Assembly: GCA_963840645.1 (NCBI GenBank)
Contig: CAWIZL010000002.1
Span: forward strand, 337,663 to 401,662
From: Candidatus Doudnabacteria bacterium
Lineage (GTDB): Bacteria > Patescibacteriota > Doudnabacteria > UBA920 > VMFF01
Direction: 5' to 3'
Length of the DNA stretch: 64,000 bases
Part shown: positions 17,598 through 28,321 of the stretch, in pieces
Layout: every line of letters starts with the position of its first letter
Position numbering within the stretch: position 1 is the first letter of the stretch
Made by a program: the position numbers and the translations under genes
Notes under the pieces: model-generated
Database searches by the model: none
Seen by the model: only the letters and a program-made list of their open reading frames with translations
What the model was told of the DNA's origin: nothing

Positions 17598-18149
17598 CTA
17601 AAAGGAAACCACAGGCGCTTGAGCTTGCGCTTGGTCATCGAGGCCAAAGAACTCGCGCTTCGTGAAGCCAAACGTGTTTGCCATGATGTTCGTTGGGAAC
17701 GTCTGGAGCTTCGTGTTGTAGTCGCGCACGTTGCCGTTGTAGAAGCGGCGCGATGCTTGAATTTTATCTTCTGTGTCAGTGAGGTCGCCCTGGAGCTGCT
17801 GGAAGTTCGCGCTCGCCTTGAGGTCTGGGTAGTTTTCAGCAACTGCGAACACGCCCATTATTGAGCGCGACAGGTTTGCCTCTGCCTGCTGCTTCTGCTC
17901 CATGTTGCCAGCAGATGCGCTCTGCGCTGCTGCGCGAGCTGCCGTGACGTTCTCGAACACGGTTGACTCGTGCGTCGCGTAGCCCTTCACCGTGTTCACC
18001 AAGTTCGGGATTAAATCGTAGCGGCGCTTGAGCTGGACGTTAATGTCGCTCCAAGCTTCATCAACGCGGTTGCGCGAGGTGACCAGCCCATTGTAAATGG
18101 CGATTAAAACAATGAGCAAAAGGACAATAATACCTATGATTATCCACAT
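17598..18149 (-). CDS. lemA: LemA family protein
   Basis: 183 aa. N-terminal TM followed by YNGLV..RNRVDEAWSDINVQLKRRYDLIPNLV, typical of LemA. It lies upstream of htpX. Confidence 0.85.
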   Translation of the reverse strand: MWIIIGIIVLLLIVLIAIYNGLVTSRNRVDEAWSDINVQLKRRYDLIPNLVNTVKGYATHESTVFENVTAARAAAQSASAGNMEQKQQAEANLSRSIMGVFAVAENYPDLKASANFQQLQGDLTDTEDKIQASRRFYNGNVRDYNTKLQTFPTNIMANTFGFTKREFFGLDDQAQAQAPVVSF

Positions 18150-18203
18150 GAAATTTAATGTCTTAGTTAATTTGTTAAATCCTTAACTTTCCTTTAATAT
18201 ACC

Positions 18204-18492
18204 ATGTATATGCTCACAAAAGAAGAGGTCATTAAAATTTCATTACTGTGCCGCATAGAGCTTACGCCTGCTGAGGTTGAAAAGTTTCAGGGCGAGCTGT
18301 CACAGGTTTTGGAGTACGCCTCAGAGCTCTCGCAGGTGAACACAGATGGCGTTGAAGAGATTTCACAGGTAACAGGTTTGCAGAACGTATTCCGCCGCGA
18401 CGTAGCTGTGCAGTCTGAAATTCGTGATGCAGCTCGTGGCACTTTTCCCAGACAGCCGCGACGGGTTTCTGAAGATTAAGAGCATACTGTAA
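18204..18492 (+). CDS. gatC: Asp/Glu-tRNA amidotransferase subunit C (apparent frameshift near 18425-18438)
   Basis: The N-terminal 75 aa are typical GatC. The +1 frame continues LVALFPDSRDGFLKIKSIL and ends in a TAATG overlap with the gatA start. Confidence 0.7.
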
Positions 18493-19982
18493 TGGAAGAA
18501 TTGGCTTTCAAAGACGTACACGAGCTGCACGAGCTGCTGGTGGAGAAAAAAGTTTCTGCCGTTGAGCTCGCGCAGTTCTTTTTAGATCGCGTTGCAAAGT
18601 ACAATGAGCAGCTGAATGGATTTTTAACCGTGACGAGCGAGCAGGCACTGGATGCAGCAAAAGAAGCCGACAAGATTTTTGCTGGCAGCGAGACGCCGAG
18701 CCTGTTGACTGGCATTCCGTACGGCATCAAAGATTTATTCTGCACGAAGGGCGTAGCCACAACAGCTGCATCAAAAATTTTAGAGAACTACGTGCCGCCT
18801 TACAGCGCGACTGCTGTTGAGCGCGTTGAGACAGAGCGAGCCGTGATGCTGGGCAAAACAAACCTCGACGAGTTCGCGCACGGCTCTTCAACTGAGACGT
18901 CTGCGTATGGCCCGACGAAAAATCCGTGGGACGAATCAAGAATGCCTGGCGGATCATCGGGCGGATCAGCGGTTGCTGTTGCGGCTGGCTTGGTGCCATT
19001 TTCATTGGCAACAGAAACTGGTGGATCAATTCGCTTTCCAGCCGCGCTCTGCGGCATTTCTGGCTGGAAGCCAACGTACGGACGAGTGCCGCGCTACGGC
19101 GTAATTTCAATGACCTCGTCGAACGACAGCCCCGGAGCTTTCGCACGCAGCGTTCGCGACCTTGCAAGCATTGCAGAGGTCATGGCTGGCCACGATCCAA
19201 AAGACGCTACGAGCGGTGCGAGCGTCGTGCCGCAGTACTCTAAAAATTTAGCCACAAATTTGAAAGGCATGCGCCTCGGCGTACCAAAAGAGTACTTCAT
19301 AGATGGCATGGAACCAGACGTTGAAGCTCGCGTGCGCGCAGCAATTGCCGAGCTAGAAAAACTTGGTGCAGAAATTATTGAGGTGTCTCTGCCGCTCACG
19401 CACTACGGTTCGCTCGTGTACTCAATTGTCACGCCATCAGAAATTTCTGCAAACCTTGCGCGCTTTGACGGCATTCGCTACGGCCACCAGGCAAGAGATA
19501 CGCAGAACCTTTTTGAGATTTACACGAAGTCACGTGGTGAAGGTTTTGGCGATGAGGCAAAGCGCAGAATTATGACAGGCACGTACGCGCTCTCAGCTGG
19601 CTACTACGATGCGTACTACCTGAAGGCGCAAAAAGTTCGCCGCTTGCTCGTGAACGAGTTCAACGAAGTGTTCACAAAAGTTGACGCCCTCGTGGCAGCA
19701 GCTGTGCCAAACGTTGCCATCAAGCTTGGTAAGGCAGCAAACGATCCACTCTTTGGTTACATTGCAGACCAGCTCGCAATCCCAGCTGCAATGGCAGGCT
19801 TGCCAGCCCTCAGCGTGCCGTGCGGCTTTGGCGTAGCAGACGATGGCAAGACACAGATGCCAGTTGGCTTGCAGATGATTGGTCCGCAGTGGGGCGAGCA
19901 GGCAATTTTCAACGTTGGGCATGCGTACCAAACGGTGACTGATTGGCACACGAAGCACCCTAATTTACAGGAGCGTAATTAA
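18492..19982 (+). CDS. gatA: Asp/Glu-tRNA amidotransferase subunit A
   Basis: 496 aa with the amidase signature GGSSGGSAVAVAAG..ATETGGSIRFPAA. Confidence 0.95.
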   Translation: MEELAFKDVHELHELLVEKKVSAVELAQFFLDRVAKYNEQLNGFLTVTSEQALDAAKEADKIFAGSETPSLLTGIPYGIKDLFCTKGVATTAASKILENYVPPYSATAVERVETERAVMLGKTNLDEFAHGSSTETSAYGPTKNPWDESRMPGGSSGGSAVAVAAGLVPFSLATETGGSIRFPAALCGISGWKPTYGRVPRYGVISMTSSNDSPGAFARSVRDLASIAEVMAGHDPKDATSGASVVPQYSKNLATNLKGMRLGVPKEYFIDGMEPDVEARVRAAIAELEKLGAEIIEVSLPLTHYGSLVYSIVTPSEISANLARFDGIRYGHQARDTQNLFEIYTKSRGEGFGDEAKRRIMTGTYALSAGYYDAYYLKAQKVRRLLVNEFNEVFTKVDALVAAAVPNVAIKLGKAANDPLFGYIADQLAIPAAMAGLPALSVPCGFGVADDGKTQMPVGLQMIGPQWGEQAIFNVGHAYQTVTDWHTKHPNLQERN

Positions 19983-19996
19983 AGTAATTTGATTCT

Positions 19997-20413
19997 ATGA
20001 ACTACATAGTAATAATTATCTTTGTGGGTGCAGTAGTCGCAGTCTTCGCCCTTATTCTGCACATAGTCACAACTGGCACCGCAAATATTTTTAAGTCCAG
20101 TGGGCAAGCCTTAGACAGCAAGTACCAAAATGATCAGCAGAAATTCAGGTGTCCACACTGTGGTCAATTTACCATTTCTGCCATTGAGAAAAAGAACCTG
20201 AGCAGCAGTTCTTCGGTGGCGTGTCCTAACTGTGGAACCCTTTTGACCACCCCGTGGTGGTCGAAATTTGTCATGGGTCTCGTTACTTTTTCCCCACTTT
20301 TTCTCGTGCTGCCCTTCGTTGGCTTAAACTACTTCATACTAATTTTGTTGATCCCTGGAGCTTACCTGGCCATGGCTTTTAAGATCAGGTACGTGCCGTT
20401 AGTAGAAAAATAA
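19997..20413 (+). CDS. Hypothetical membrane protein with zinc-ribbon motif
   Basis: 138 aa. N-terminal TM, CPHCG..CPNCG pairs and C-terminal TMs. It is inserted between gatA and gatB. Confidence 0.45.
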   Translation: MNYIVIIIFVGAVVAVFALILHIVTTGTANIFKSSGQALDSKYQNDQQKFRCPHCGQFTISAIEKKNLSSSSSVACPNCGTLLTTPWWSKFVMGLVTFSPLFLVLPFVGLNYFILILLIPGAYLAMAFKIRYVPLVEK

Positions 20414-20418
20414 TTTCA

Positions 20419-21929
20419 ATGCAACAACCAGACCTCACAACTTACCGCCCAGTCATTGGCCTTGAGATCCACGTGCAGCTGCGCACTGCCAGCAAGATGT
20501 TTTGCTCGTCTCCAAACGACCCTGATTGCACAGAGCCAAACAGAAACATTTGCGAAGTGTGCACTGCGCAGCCAGGTGCGCTGCCGGTTGTGAACGAAGA
20601 GGCGCTCAAGCTCGGCATTATCACGGGCATGGCGCTCAACTGCAGCATCCCAGAGTACTCAAAGTTTGACCGCAAGAGCTATTTCTACCCAGACCTGCCA
20701 AAGGGCTACCAAATTTCACAGTACGACAGGCCAATTGCAAAGAAGGGATACCTGGACATTGAAGTTGACATGGCAGTGGCGGCAAGAAGACAAAGCGCAT
20801 ACGTATTACCCGCGCCCACCTCGAAGAAGATGCTGGCAAGAACATTCACCCAGAAGGTTTGCCGTACTCGCTCGTTGACCTCAACCGCGCTGGCACGCCG
20901 CTGCTCGAAATTGTCACAGAGCCTGACATTGAGTCTGCAGCTGAGGCAAAAGCGTTTTTGCCCGAGCTGCGTACCATAGTGCGCTATATTGGGGCGAGCA
21001 CTGCTGACATGGAAAAGGGGACTATGCGCTGCGAGCCAAACATTTCAGTGCGCATCCCAGGACAGCAAGAGCTTCCTAACTACAAAGTTGAGGTGAAGAA
21101 CATTAACTCTTTCACGTTTGCAGAAAAGGCAATTGCCTACGAGATTATCCGCCAGACAGAAATTTTGAAAGAGGGCAAGACGCCGAAGCAGGTGACAATG
21201 GGTTGGAACGAAAAGACGAACGCAACTGTTGAGCAGCGCAGCAAAGAAGAAGCAAACGACTACCGCTACTTTCCAGAGCCTGATTTGCCAATTCTTCACA
21301 TTGACAGTGAGATGCAGGCACGCCTGCGCGCAGAAATTCCAGAACTGCCAGCTGCAAAGCGTGCACGATTTGCAAAAGAATACAGCTTGCCAGCACCAGA
21401 CATCCAGAATTTAATAGAGTGGAAAGCTCTCACGGAGTTCTTTGAGCAGGCTGTGTCAGAGCTACAGGAGTGGATTGAAGCTGAAGGCTCTCGCCCCGAC
21501 GTGCCAAAGCTCATGAAGATGGTTGCAAACTGGTGCCTGCAAGAATTTTCTGCACTGCTGAATGCTGCGCACATTGATCCGGCAGATTCTCGCATCATGC
21601 CAGAAAACTTCGCAGAGCTCATCAAGCTCATTGACCAAGGCAAAATTAGCGTGACAGCTGCCAAGCAAGTGCTCGCGGCGATGTTTGAAACTGGCGGTGA
21701 GCCACTCCACATTGTAGAAGACATGGGCTTGTCGCAGGTGAGCGACACCTCTGTAATCGAGGCCGCTATCGCAAAAGTCATTGAGGCAAATCCAAAAGCA
21801 GTGGCAGACTACGCCGCGGGTAACGAAAAATCCTTCGGCTTCCTGGTTGGCATGGCAATGAAGGAGCTGAAGGGCAAGGGGAATCCGCAAATTGTGAACG
21901 AGGTGCTGAAGGTGCAACTGGCAAAGTAA
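20419..21929 (+). CDS. gatB: Asp/Glu-tRNA amidotransferase subunit B (apparent 1-nt frameshift at about 20769-20772)
   Basis: Track ORFs 20419-20979 and 20859-21929. The second frame reads [52 protein letters not shown], continuous with the first after ..GYLDIEVD. Confidence 0.88.
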
Positions 21930-21943
21930 AACGCCCCACCAAA

Positions 21944-22505
21944 ATGGACTACAAAGAAATTGAGGTTCGGTTTCTGGAAATTGACAAGGCTAGCTTTGTC
22001 CAGAAGCTGCACGATTTAGGTGCGCACGACGAGGGTGAAGAAATGCTCGAAGAGGTTATATTCAACAGCGCAGACGGCAGGTGGCAGAAAGAGAACAAGC
22101 AGTTCGTCAGAATTCGCAAAGGCAAAGATGGTAACTCTGTTACGTACAAACATCAGTTTGAGAAGACAGCAGACGGCACAGAAGAGGTTGAGTTCAAGGT
22201 TGATGACACAGCAGCTGTTGAAGTGTTCCTTGAGCGTCTCGGCTTGGTGACGTGGCGACGCCAGCAGAAGCTGCGCCACACGTTCAGGCTCGGCAGCGTT
22301 ACCGTAGACATTGATACATGGCCACGCGTGCCAGCGTACGTTGAGCTGCGAGGGTTCATCAGAGGATGACCTGAAGCTAGCAGCCGCCCAGCTTGGGCTA
22401 GACTGGAACGACGTGTGCTACGACAACGCGAAAATAATTGTCGAGCAGCGATACGGCTTTCCCGTTGGCACCATGCGCTGGTTCACGTTCGATAGGTTTG
22501 AGTAG
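21944..22505 (+). CDS. CYTH domain protein (class IV adenylate cyclase/triphosphatase family; apparent frameshift about 22346-22351)
   Basis: EIEVRFLEID start, then FVRIRK..VTYKH..EEVEFKV and VTVDIDTWPRVPAYVEL. It continues in the next frame as EGSSEDDLKLAAAQLGL. Confidence 0.65.
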
Positions 22506-22581
22506 AAGTTTGCTGAAATAAAAAAGCGCCCAGGAAGCGTGCACCGAAGTGCAGTCCTGGACGCGTTGTATCGTTGACGAT

Positions 22582-23865
22582 TTACTTCAAGAGCTTGCCC
22601 GTGTACTCCAGCGAGCCGTTGGCAACTACGTGCGACGGAAATCCGCACGCCACCATGCCGTTGAATGGAGTCCAGCGCCACAGCGTTGCCATGTCTTTGT
22701 CAGAGAGCCATCGAATTTCCGTATCGTTGATGATGGCAATGTCAGCAGGGGCACCTTCAGAAATTCCGTACTGCTGCGGCAGGTTCAAAATCCGAGCCGT
22801 GTTCAAGGATGTCAGGTTTACGAAGTGTTCGATGCTCATTTTGCCTTCACGCACAAAATTGAACAACAGGGGAAGGATTGTCTGCACACCAGGAACTCCG
22901 CTCGCGGTGTGCAGGTAGTCCCGGCCTTCCTTCTCGGAAGGGTGGTGCGGGGCGTGGTCACTCCCAATGGTATCTACCCACCCAGGACTGCAGACGTACC
23001 TGCGCATGGCCTCCACCTGCGCCCGTGTTCTGAGCGGTGGGTTCATCTTAACCTTCCCACCATCTTTTCTCGAGAGAAGATCTTCCACAAGGTACAGGTG
23101 GTGTGGGCAGACCTCTGCGTACACGGTGCGACCTTTTGACTTTGCGTCCATGATCAACTCCAGTGATTCCGGGGTTGATATGTGGCAGAAGTACAGAACG
23201 TTGCCCACCTCGGCCTGAAGCTGCAGCGCGAGCTTGACGGCAGAGACCTCAACTTCAGTGTTTCTGATCTTACAGTGGTCTTCGATCGTCGCGTGACCCT
23301 TGAGCGATGAAAAGTGCTTCTGCATCATTGCCTCATCTTCTGCGTGCACGGCGGCAGGCTTGCGGTACTCAGCCGCTATCGCAAAGTGTTGCCTGATAGT
23401 CTTAGGGTCACTGACCAGCAGGTTGCCGGTAGATGCGCCCATGTAGATCTTCACGCCACACACCGTAGCGTGGAGTAGGAGAAAGGCCAGCTCAACCTCT
23501 CGGAAATTGTCGTTTGTGGCACCGATCCAGTACCTGTTTGAAATTCTGCCGCTCGAGGCTTCGGTAGCACGTTTGTTGATAATCTCGCAAGTTGTGGCCA
23601 GCACCTTGGTATTCGGCATTCTTGCTATGAGCGTAACCCCGCCCAAGATTGCCGCTAGCTCGAGTGCCTCGGGTGATTCTTTCTCTGGCTGGTCTTCCCT
23701 TGCGTGGACGTGGGGGTCAATGATGCCGGGCACGGCCAGGTTACCGTTACAGTCAATCCACTGTTCGGTCATGGCGGTCTCGGAAATGCCATGGATGGTT
23801 CCGTTTGAAATCTGAATGAAGCTTTTCTGTCCAGAAACCAACCGTAGGTTGCCAAGTTCTAACAT
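22582..23865 (-). CDS. pyrC: Dihydroorotase (amidohydrolase family)
   Basis: 427 aa. PGIIDPHVHARE, VCGVKIYMGASTGNLLV, HAEDE, FCHISTPESL, EVCPHHL and GSDHAPH. Confidence 0.85.
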   Translation of the reverse strand: MLELGNLRLVSGQKSFIQISNGTIHGISETAMTEQWIDCNGNLAVPGIIDPHVHAREDQPEKESPEALELAAILGGVTLIARMPNTKVLATTCEIINKRATEASSGRISNRYWIGATNDNFREVELAFLLLHATVCGVKIYMGASTGNLLVSDPKTIRQHFAIAAEYRKPAAVHAEDEAMMQKHFSSLKGHATIEDHCKIRNTEVEVSAVKLALQLQAEVGNVLYFCHISTPESLELIMDAKSKGRTVYAEVCPHHLYLVEDLLSRKDGGKVKMNPPLRTRAQVEAMRRYVCSPGWVDTIGSDHAPHHPSEKEGRDYLHTASGVPGVQTILPLLFNFVREGKMSIEHFVNLTSLNTARILNLPQQYGISEGAPADIAIINDTEIRWLSDKDMATLWRWTPFNGMVACGFPSHVVANGSLEYTGKLLK

Positions 23866-24024
23866 ATTCGATCCTCCTTTTAGGATTTCAGTTAGTATAC
23901 TGAATATCTACAGAAGTGCAAGGTGGCTATTTCCATTTGTACGTAGGTTTGCACGCCACATTTTTTCATGGTACAGTAACCAGCTGGCTGAATTTGCCAG
24001 AATTTTTGAAGGGGAGGAAACAAA

Positions 24025-24952
24025 GTGGAATTCAGGGAAGACGTTACGCTGGGGATGGACAGTCCTCTGCATCCGCCGCTGTTCAATGGCGGTGGTTGCT
24101 TGAAGTATTTTGACGCAGATTTTCAAAGATGTTCTCGATCTTTGGGAGGTGCAGTCTTGGCGGGGTCGTACACGCTGGAGCATCGAGCTGGCAACGAAGG
24201 ACAAACCTTCTGGATCGACGGCAGCGGGAATGGCTTGAATGCGCTCGGCATGCCAAATCCGGGCAGGCTACCTTTACGAACGTTTGCCAGAGATGTGTAC
24301 AGCTGTGCACGGTAATGGCAAAAAGATGATCGTGAACGTGGCAGGTTTCACGGCCTCTGATTACGGTGAGCTTACGGAGAGCGCTTTTGATCTTGGCGCT
24401 GATGCAGTTGAACTCAACCTCGGCTGCCCAAATGTCGTGACAGCTAATGGTTCTCGGGAACCACCCGCTTCGTACGATCCGGAGTTCCTCGGGTTAATCT
24501 TGGGACGCGTACACAGGCACATCGACGAAGCACCACGTGCCGTATGGGTCAAGGTATCACCAAACCCTGTGGTGAGCATGATCAAAGAACTCGCAGGTAT
24601 CATCGGGGTATTTCCTTTCGTTACGGCTGTTACGTGTAGCAATACATGGCCAGAGGGGTTCATCGTTGACCCAAAGACTGGTAAGCCGCGCATAACGGTG
24701 GGCTACGCTGGGGTCAGCGGAACTTTTCTTCGAACCATGGGTCCAGCGCAGGTAGAGAAGTGGAGGAATGCGCTGCCAGATCGCGTGAGCGTCATTGCAG
24801 CGGGTGGCATTAACTCTGGCAGAGATATTGCCATGTACCAGGAGCGGGGCGCTGTTGCATTTCAGATGGTGACTGGTTTGTTCAGACCAGACACGTACCA
24901 ACTGGACTTCACTAAATTTGAGAGGGTTGCGATGGAGTACGGCAACCTGTAG
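24025..24952 (+). CDS. pyrD: Dihydroorotate dehydrogenase-like (class 1 family; apparent frameshift about 24261-24268)
   Basis: GTG start with a GGGGAGG RBS. LNALGMPNPG in the first frame continues in the second as YLYERL..KKMIVNVAG..ADAVELNLGCPNV..IAAGGINSGRD. Confidence 0.7.
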
Positions 24953-24965
24953 TTCCATAACTCAG

Positions 24966-24991
24966 CCCGGCTGGAAACAGTCGGGTTTTTC
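24966..24991 (+). terminator. Rho-independent terminator after pyrD
   Basis: CCCGGCTG-gaaa-CAGTCGGG followed by TTTTTC. Confidence 0.6.
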
Positions 24992-25007
24992 TTATGGTTA
25001 CGAGGCC

Positions 25008-25036
25008 TTGACAACGTTGGCTCGCTGTGATATTAT
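25008..25036 (+). promoter_or_regulatory. Near-consensus sigma-70 promoter with no downstream ORF
   Basis: TTGACA (25008-25013), 17-nt spacer, TATTAT (25031-25036). Confidence 0.55.
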
Positions 25037-25042
25037 TTTTTT

Positions 25043-25552
25043 GTTCACTGGGTTTGGGTCTCTGCTTCTCGGTTTCGAGGGGTTGAGCTCCTGAATCAAT
25101 TCATAAGGGGGAAACACACTTTACGTAGGGTTTTGGTGCGTATTCTTTGTGGGTTATTCAGGTTTCAGCTTTTTGGAGTCGAGAGTAAGCCCAACTAAGT
25201 GGACACGCGGTGCAGTTTGCCGCTACCTCGTTTGATCGATAAATATGCTAGTCTAATTTGTTGTAAATCGTGGGCAGTAACACGATGCCCATTCCTAAAC
25301 CCTCGTGCATGCGTAGTAAATTTTTGGGAGCTTTCTAAGGGTAAAAGTGGTCTCACGTTTCGCAGTTGAGGCTACCCTGACGACCGTAGATGAGTCCAAA
25401 ATTTTTTACGCAGAAGTTGCCAGCCAATGGTGAATCACAAAAATGCCAAAAGCTGAACCTGTAAGTGTCAGGACATGTAACAACCGCCACGGCCCGGTCA
25501 ACACGGCCTGGGCGCACGAACCATCTCACGATGTAAGTGCGCCCTATTTTTT
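25043..25552 (+). ncRNA. Candidate ~0.5-kb non-coding transcript (unknown class)
   Basis: It is bounded by the promoter at 25008 and a +-oriented intrinsic terminator at 25510-25552. No ORF of 60 aa or more occurs on either strand. Several local hairpins are present, including TGGGCA..TGCCCA at 25271-25291 and CCTGtaagtgtCAGG. Confidence 0.35.
25510..25552 (+). terminator. Rho-independent terminator (+ orientation) abutting the miaA stop
   Basis: GGGCGCAC (25510-25517) pairs with GTGCGCCC (25537-25544), followed by TATTTTTT. Confidence 0.55.
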
Positions 25553-26510
25553 ATCCTAGTAAGAGTTTTTCAACCAGAGTCTTTGCCTCAGCTGTAACTT
25601 TTCTTTTGTCGCCAGTACTGAGCCACACAGCAATTTTATTTCTTTTGAACCACGTGCGCTGGCGTTTTGCGTAGTGCCAGATTGCTGATGCGAGCTGATC
25701 GTGCATTTCTTTCTCGGTTAGCTTCCCATCGAGAAACTCTGATACAAACCTGTACTCAAGTCCAAACGTGAACATTTTCTTTGCGCTCACGCCTGTCTTG
25801 CGTAGTTTTTTCACCTCAGCTACGAGGCCAGCTGCTAAACGTTTTCCCAGTCGGACAGAAATTTTTTTCCTGAGGTCATCAATTGGCAAATCCAGCACGA
25901 GGTAGAGCACGTCAAACTTTGGCGCGGTGTCTATGGTGTGTTTTTTCATACCCTTGTGCGCCTTTTCGTACAGCGCAATTTCAATTGCGCGGATGACGCG
26001 GACTGGATTTTTCAAATCAATTTGAGCGGCACGTGCAGAATTAAGTTTCTCGAGTTGCACAACGAGCTGTGCCAATGGCACCTTTGCCATCTTCGTGTGG
26101 AACCGCTTGTCCATTAGCGCATCTGGAAACTCTTTGCCCAGAGAAACTGCATCAACCCAGTAGCCGCTGCCGCCAACTAAAATTGGCAGGTTGCCGCGAG
26201 ACTGGATTTGCGAAATAGCCCGCAGAGCAGCAGCTTTGTACTTTGACGCATTCCACATTGGCCGCTTCGGATCTGCAACGTCGAGGAGGTGGTGTGGCAC
26301 GCCGAGCATTTCTTTTTTCGTAACCTTGCCAGTGCCAATGTCCATGCCACGGTAAATTTGCCGAGAGTCAGCAGAAACTATTTCAGCACCAACGCCAAAC
26401 TTGCGCTGTACCCACAGCGCAAGTTGAATGCCCAGTTCAGATTTTCCAGTTGCCGTTGCCCCAGCTACGACGATCAGCTTACCAGCTGGTGCGGCCTTTA
26501 ATTTCACCAT
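25551..26510 (-). CDS. miaA: tRNA dimethylallyltransferase
   Basis: 319 aa. P-loop GATATGKS, then SADSRQIYRGMDIGTGK and LVGGSGYW. Confidence 0.92.
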   Translation of the reverse strand: MVKLKAAPAGKLIVVAGATATGKSELGIQLALWVQRKFGVGAEIVSADSRQIYRGMDIGTGKVTKKEMLGVPHHLLDVADPKRPMWNASKYKAAALRAISQIQSRGNLPILVGGSGYWVDAVSLGKEFPDALMDKRFHTKMAKVPLAQLVVQLEKLNSARAAQIDLKNPVRVIRAIEIALYEKAHKGMKKHTIDTAPKFDVLYLVLDLPIDDLRKKISVRLGKRLAAGLVAEVKKLRKTGVSAKKMFTFGLEYRFVSEFLDGKLTEKEMHDQLASAIWHYAKRQRTWFKRNKIAVWLSTGDKRKVTAEAKTLVEKLLLG

Positions 26511-28321
26511 GAATTTTTTCAGAGAATTCTTTCACAGAGAGCGTCACGCCCTCTTTCTGTCCACGGCTGCGAACAGCTACAGCCCCATCAGCCATTTCCT
26601 TGTCGCCGAGCACGAGCATGTACGGAATTTTCGCTGTTTCTGCATCGCGGATCTTCTTGCCAATGGATTCGCTGCGGTCGTCAGTTTCAATGCGAATGCC
26701 AGGCACGCTAGCCTCAAGTTCACGTACAACTTGTTCAGCGTACTCAACGTGATTTTCACCAATTGGCAGTATCTTCACCTGCACAGGTGACAGCCACACA
26801 GGGAATGCGCCGCCGAGGTGCTCAATTATAATTGAGAGGAACCGCTCAATAGAACCCATGATAGCCGCATGGATCATGACAATTCTTTCTTGCCCACCCT
26901 CTTCATTGATGCAGAACAGATCAAAACGCTCAGGCATGTTCCAGTCGAGCTGGATAGTTGCAACCTGCCACTCACGCCCAAGTGAATCTTTGGCCATGAA
27001 GTCAAGCTTCGGTCCGTAGAACGCAGCTTCACCTACACCCTCGAACCAGTCAGTTTTTTTCTCGGTGACAATTTCGCGTAGCGTAGCCTCAGCTGTTTCC
27101 CACTGCTTGGCATCGCCGAGGTACTTTTCCATGTGAGCGGATCGTGGAGTGAAAGGCGCACGCGGAGCTTCAGGCCAAACTTAGGGTAGAACTCGTGGAT
27201 GATGTCCCACACTTTGAGAAATTCTTCTCTCACCTGGCTCGTGCGGCAGAACACGTGCGCATCGTCTTGCGTGAATGCGCGCACGCGCGAAAGGCCGGAG
27301 AGCTCGCCAGACTGCTCATCGCGGTAGCACATTGTGGTGTTCGCGTAGCGCTGCGGAAGTTCGCGGTAGCTCCACTGCTTGCGTGCGTAGATTTGAGTGT
27401 GGTGCGGACAGTTCATGGGCTTCATTGCAAACTCGTGGCCTTCGCGGGTGGTTATGCGAAGAGCTCATCTTTAAATTTATCCCAGTGGCCGCTGCGTTCG
27501 TACAGGTCTTTTTTCGTGATGTGGGGAATTTCAACGCGCATGTAGCCCCGCTCCTTGCGGAGTTCTGAGACAAAACCATCGAGCAGATCTCTGACAGCCA
27601 TGCCTTTTGGTGTCCACAGCGGAAGTCCTGGGCCGACCAGATCTGAGAACGTGAACAGGTCGAGCTGTGGCCCAAGCTTCTTGTGGTCACGCTTCTCAGC
27701 CTCAGTGCGTTGCGCAATGTACGCATCGAGCTCTTCTTTTGTCTCGAACGCCAAGCCGTAGATGCGCTGCATCTGTGGGTTAGCCTGGTCGCCGCGCCAG
27801 TACGCGCCAGACACGCGGTCGAGCTTGAACGACTGGCGATCTATTTCTGAAGTATTCTTGACGTGGCCGCCGCGGCACAGGTCTGTGAATTTGCCAGTGT
27901 GGTAGAGCGAGACGGTTGTAGGTTTTTCGGCTGTAGTTTTTTCTTCACCATCTTTTGCCTGCGCGCCCGTGATGTCTTTGAAAACAGTTGTGCCGTGCTT
28001 TTCAATGTCGCCGATCAGCTCAACCTTGAACGGCTGGCTGTGCTCTACGAAGTACGCTTTTGCATCTGCGAATGACATGTCTTCACGAATGAAGTCGTGG
28101 CCTTCTTTGATGAGCGCGCGCATGCGCACTTCAAGTTTCGCCAAGTCTTCTGGCGTGAGCGGCCGAGGCAGTGCAAAGTCGTAGTAGAACCCGTTGTCTA
28201 TGACAGGGCCAACGCCGAGCTGCGCGTGCGGGAACATTTCTACAACTGCCGCTGCGAGCACGTGCGCGAGCGAGTGGCGGATGTTGTGGAGCGCCCCAGA
28301 TTTTTCTTTGCCTTCTGGCAT
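26479..28321 (-). CDS. thrS: Threonyl-tRNA synthetase (two apparent 1-nt frameshifts, about 27452-27460 and 27136-27143; no N-terminal TGS domain)
   Basis: Track ORFs 27452-28351, 27033-27425 and 26479-27132 join as ..WDKFKDELF/ITTREGHEFAMKPMNCPHH..RVRLSLHDP/HMEKYLGDAK... Contains HSLAHVLAAAV, class II motifs and a C-terminal anticodon-binding domain. Confidence 0.88.

Noticed and set aside
25043-25552. RNase P RNA, SRP RNA, 6S RNA or a group II intron domain in the ORF-less 0.5-kb unit.
   Set aside because: I could not find the invariant GGAAAGUCC / ACAGAAxCCGGCUUA (RNase P), GGAA-tetraloop SRP motif, or domain V sequences on either strand. It is kept only as an unclassified ncRNA candidate.
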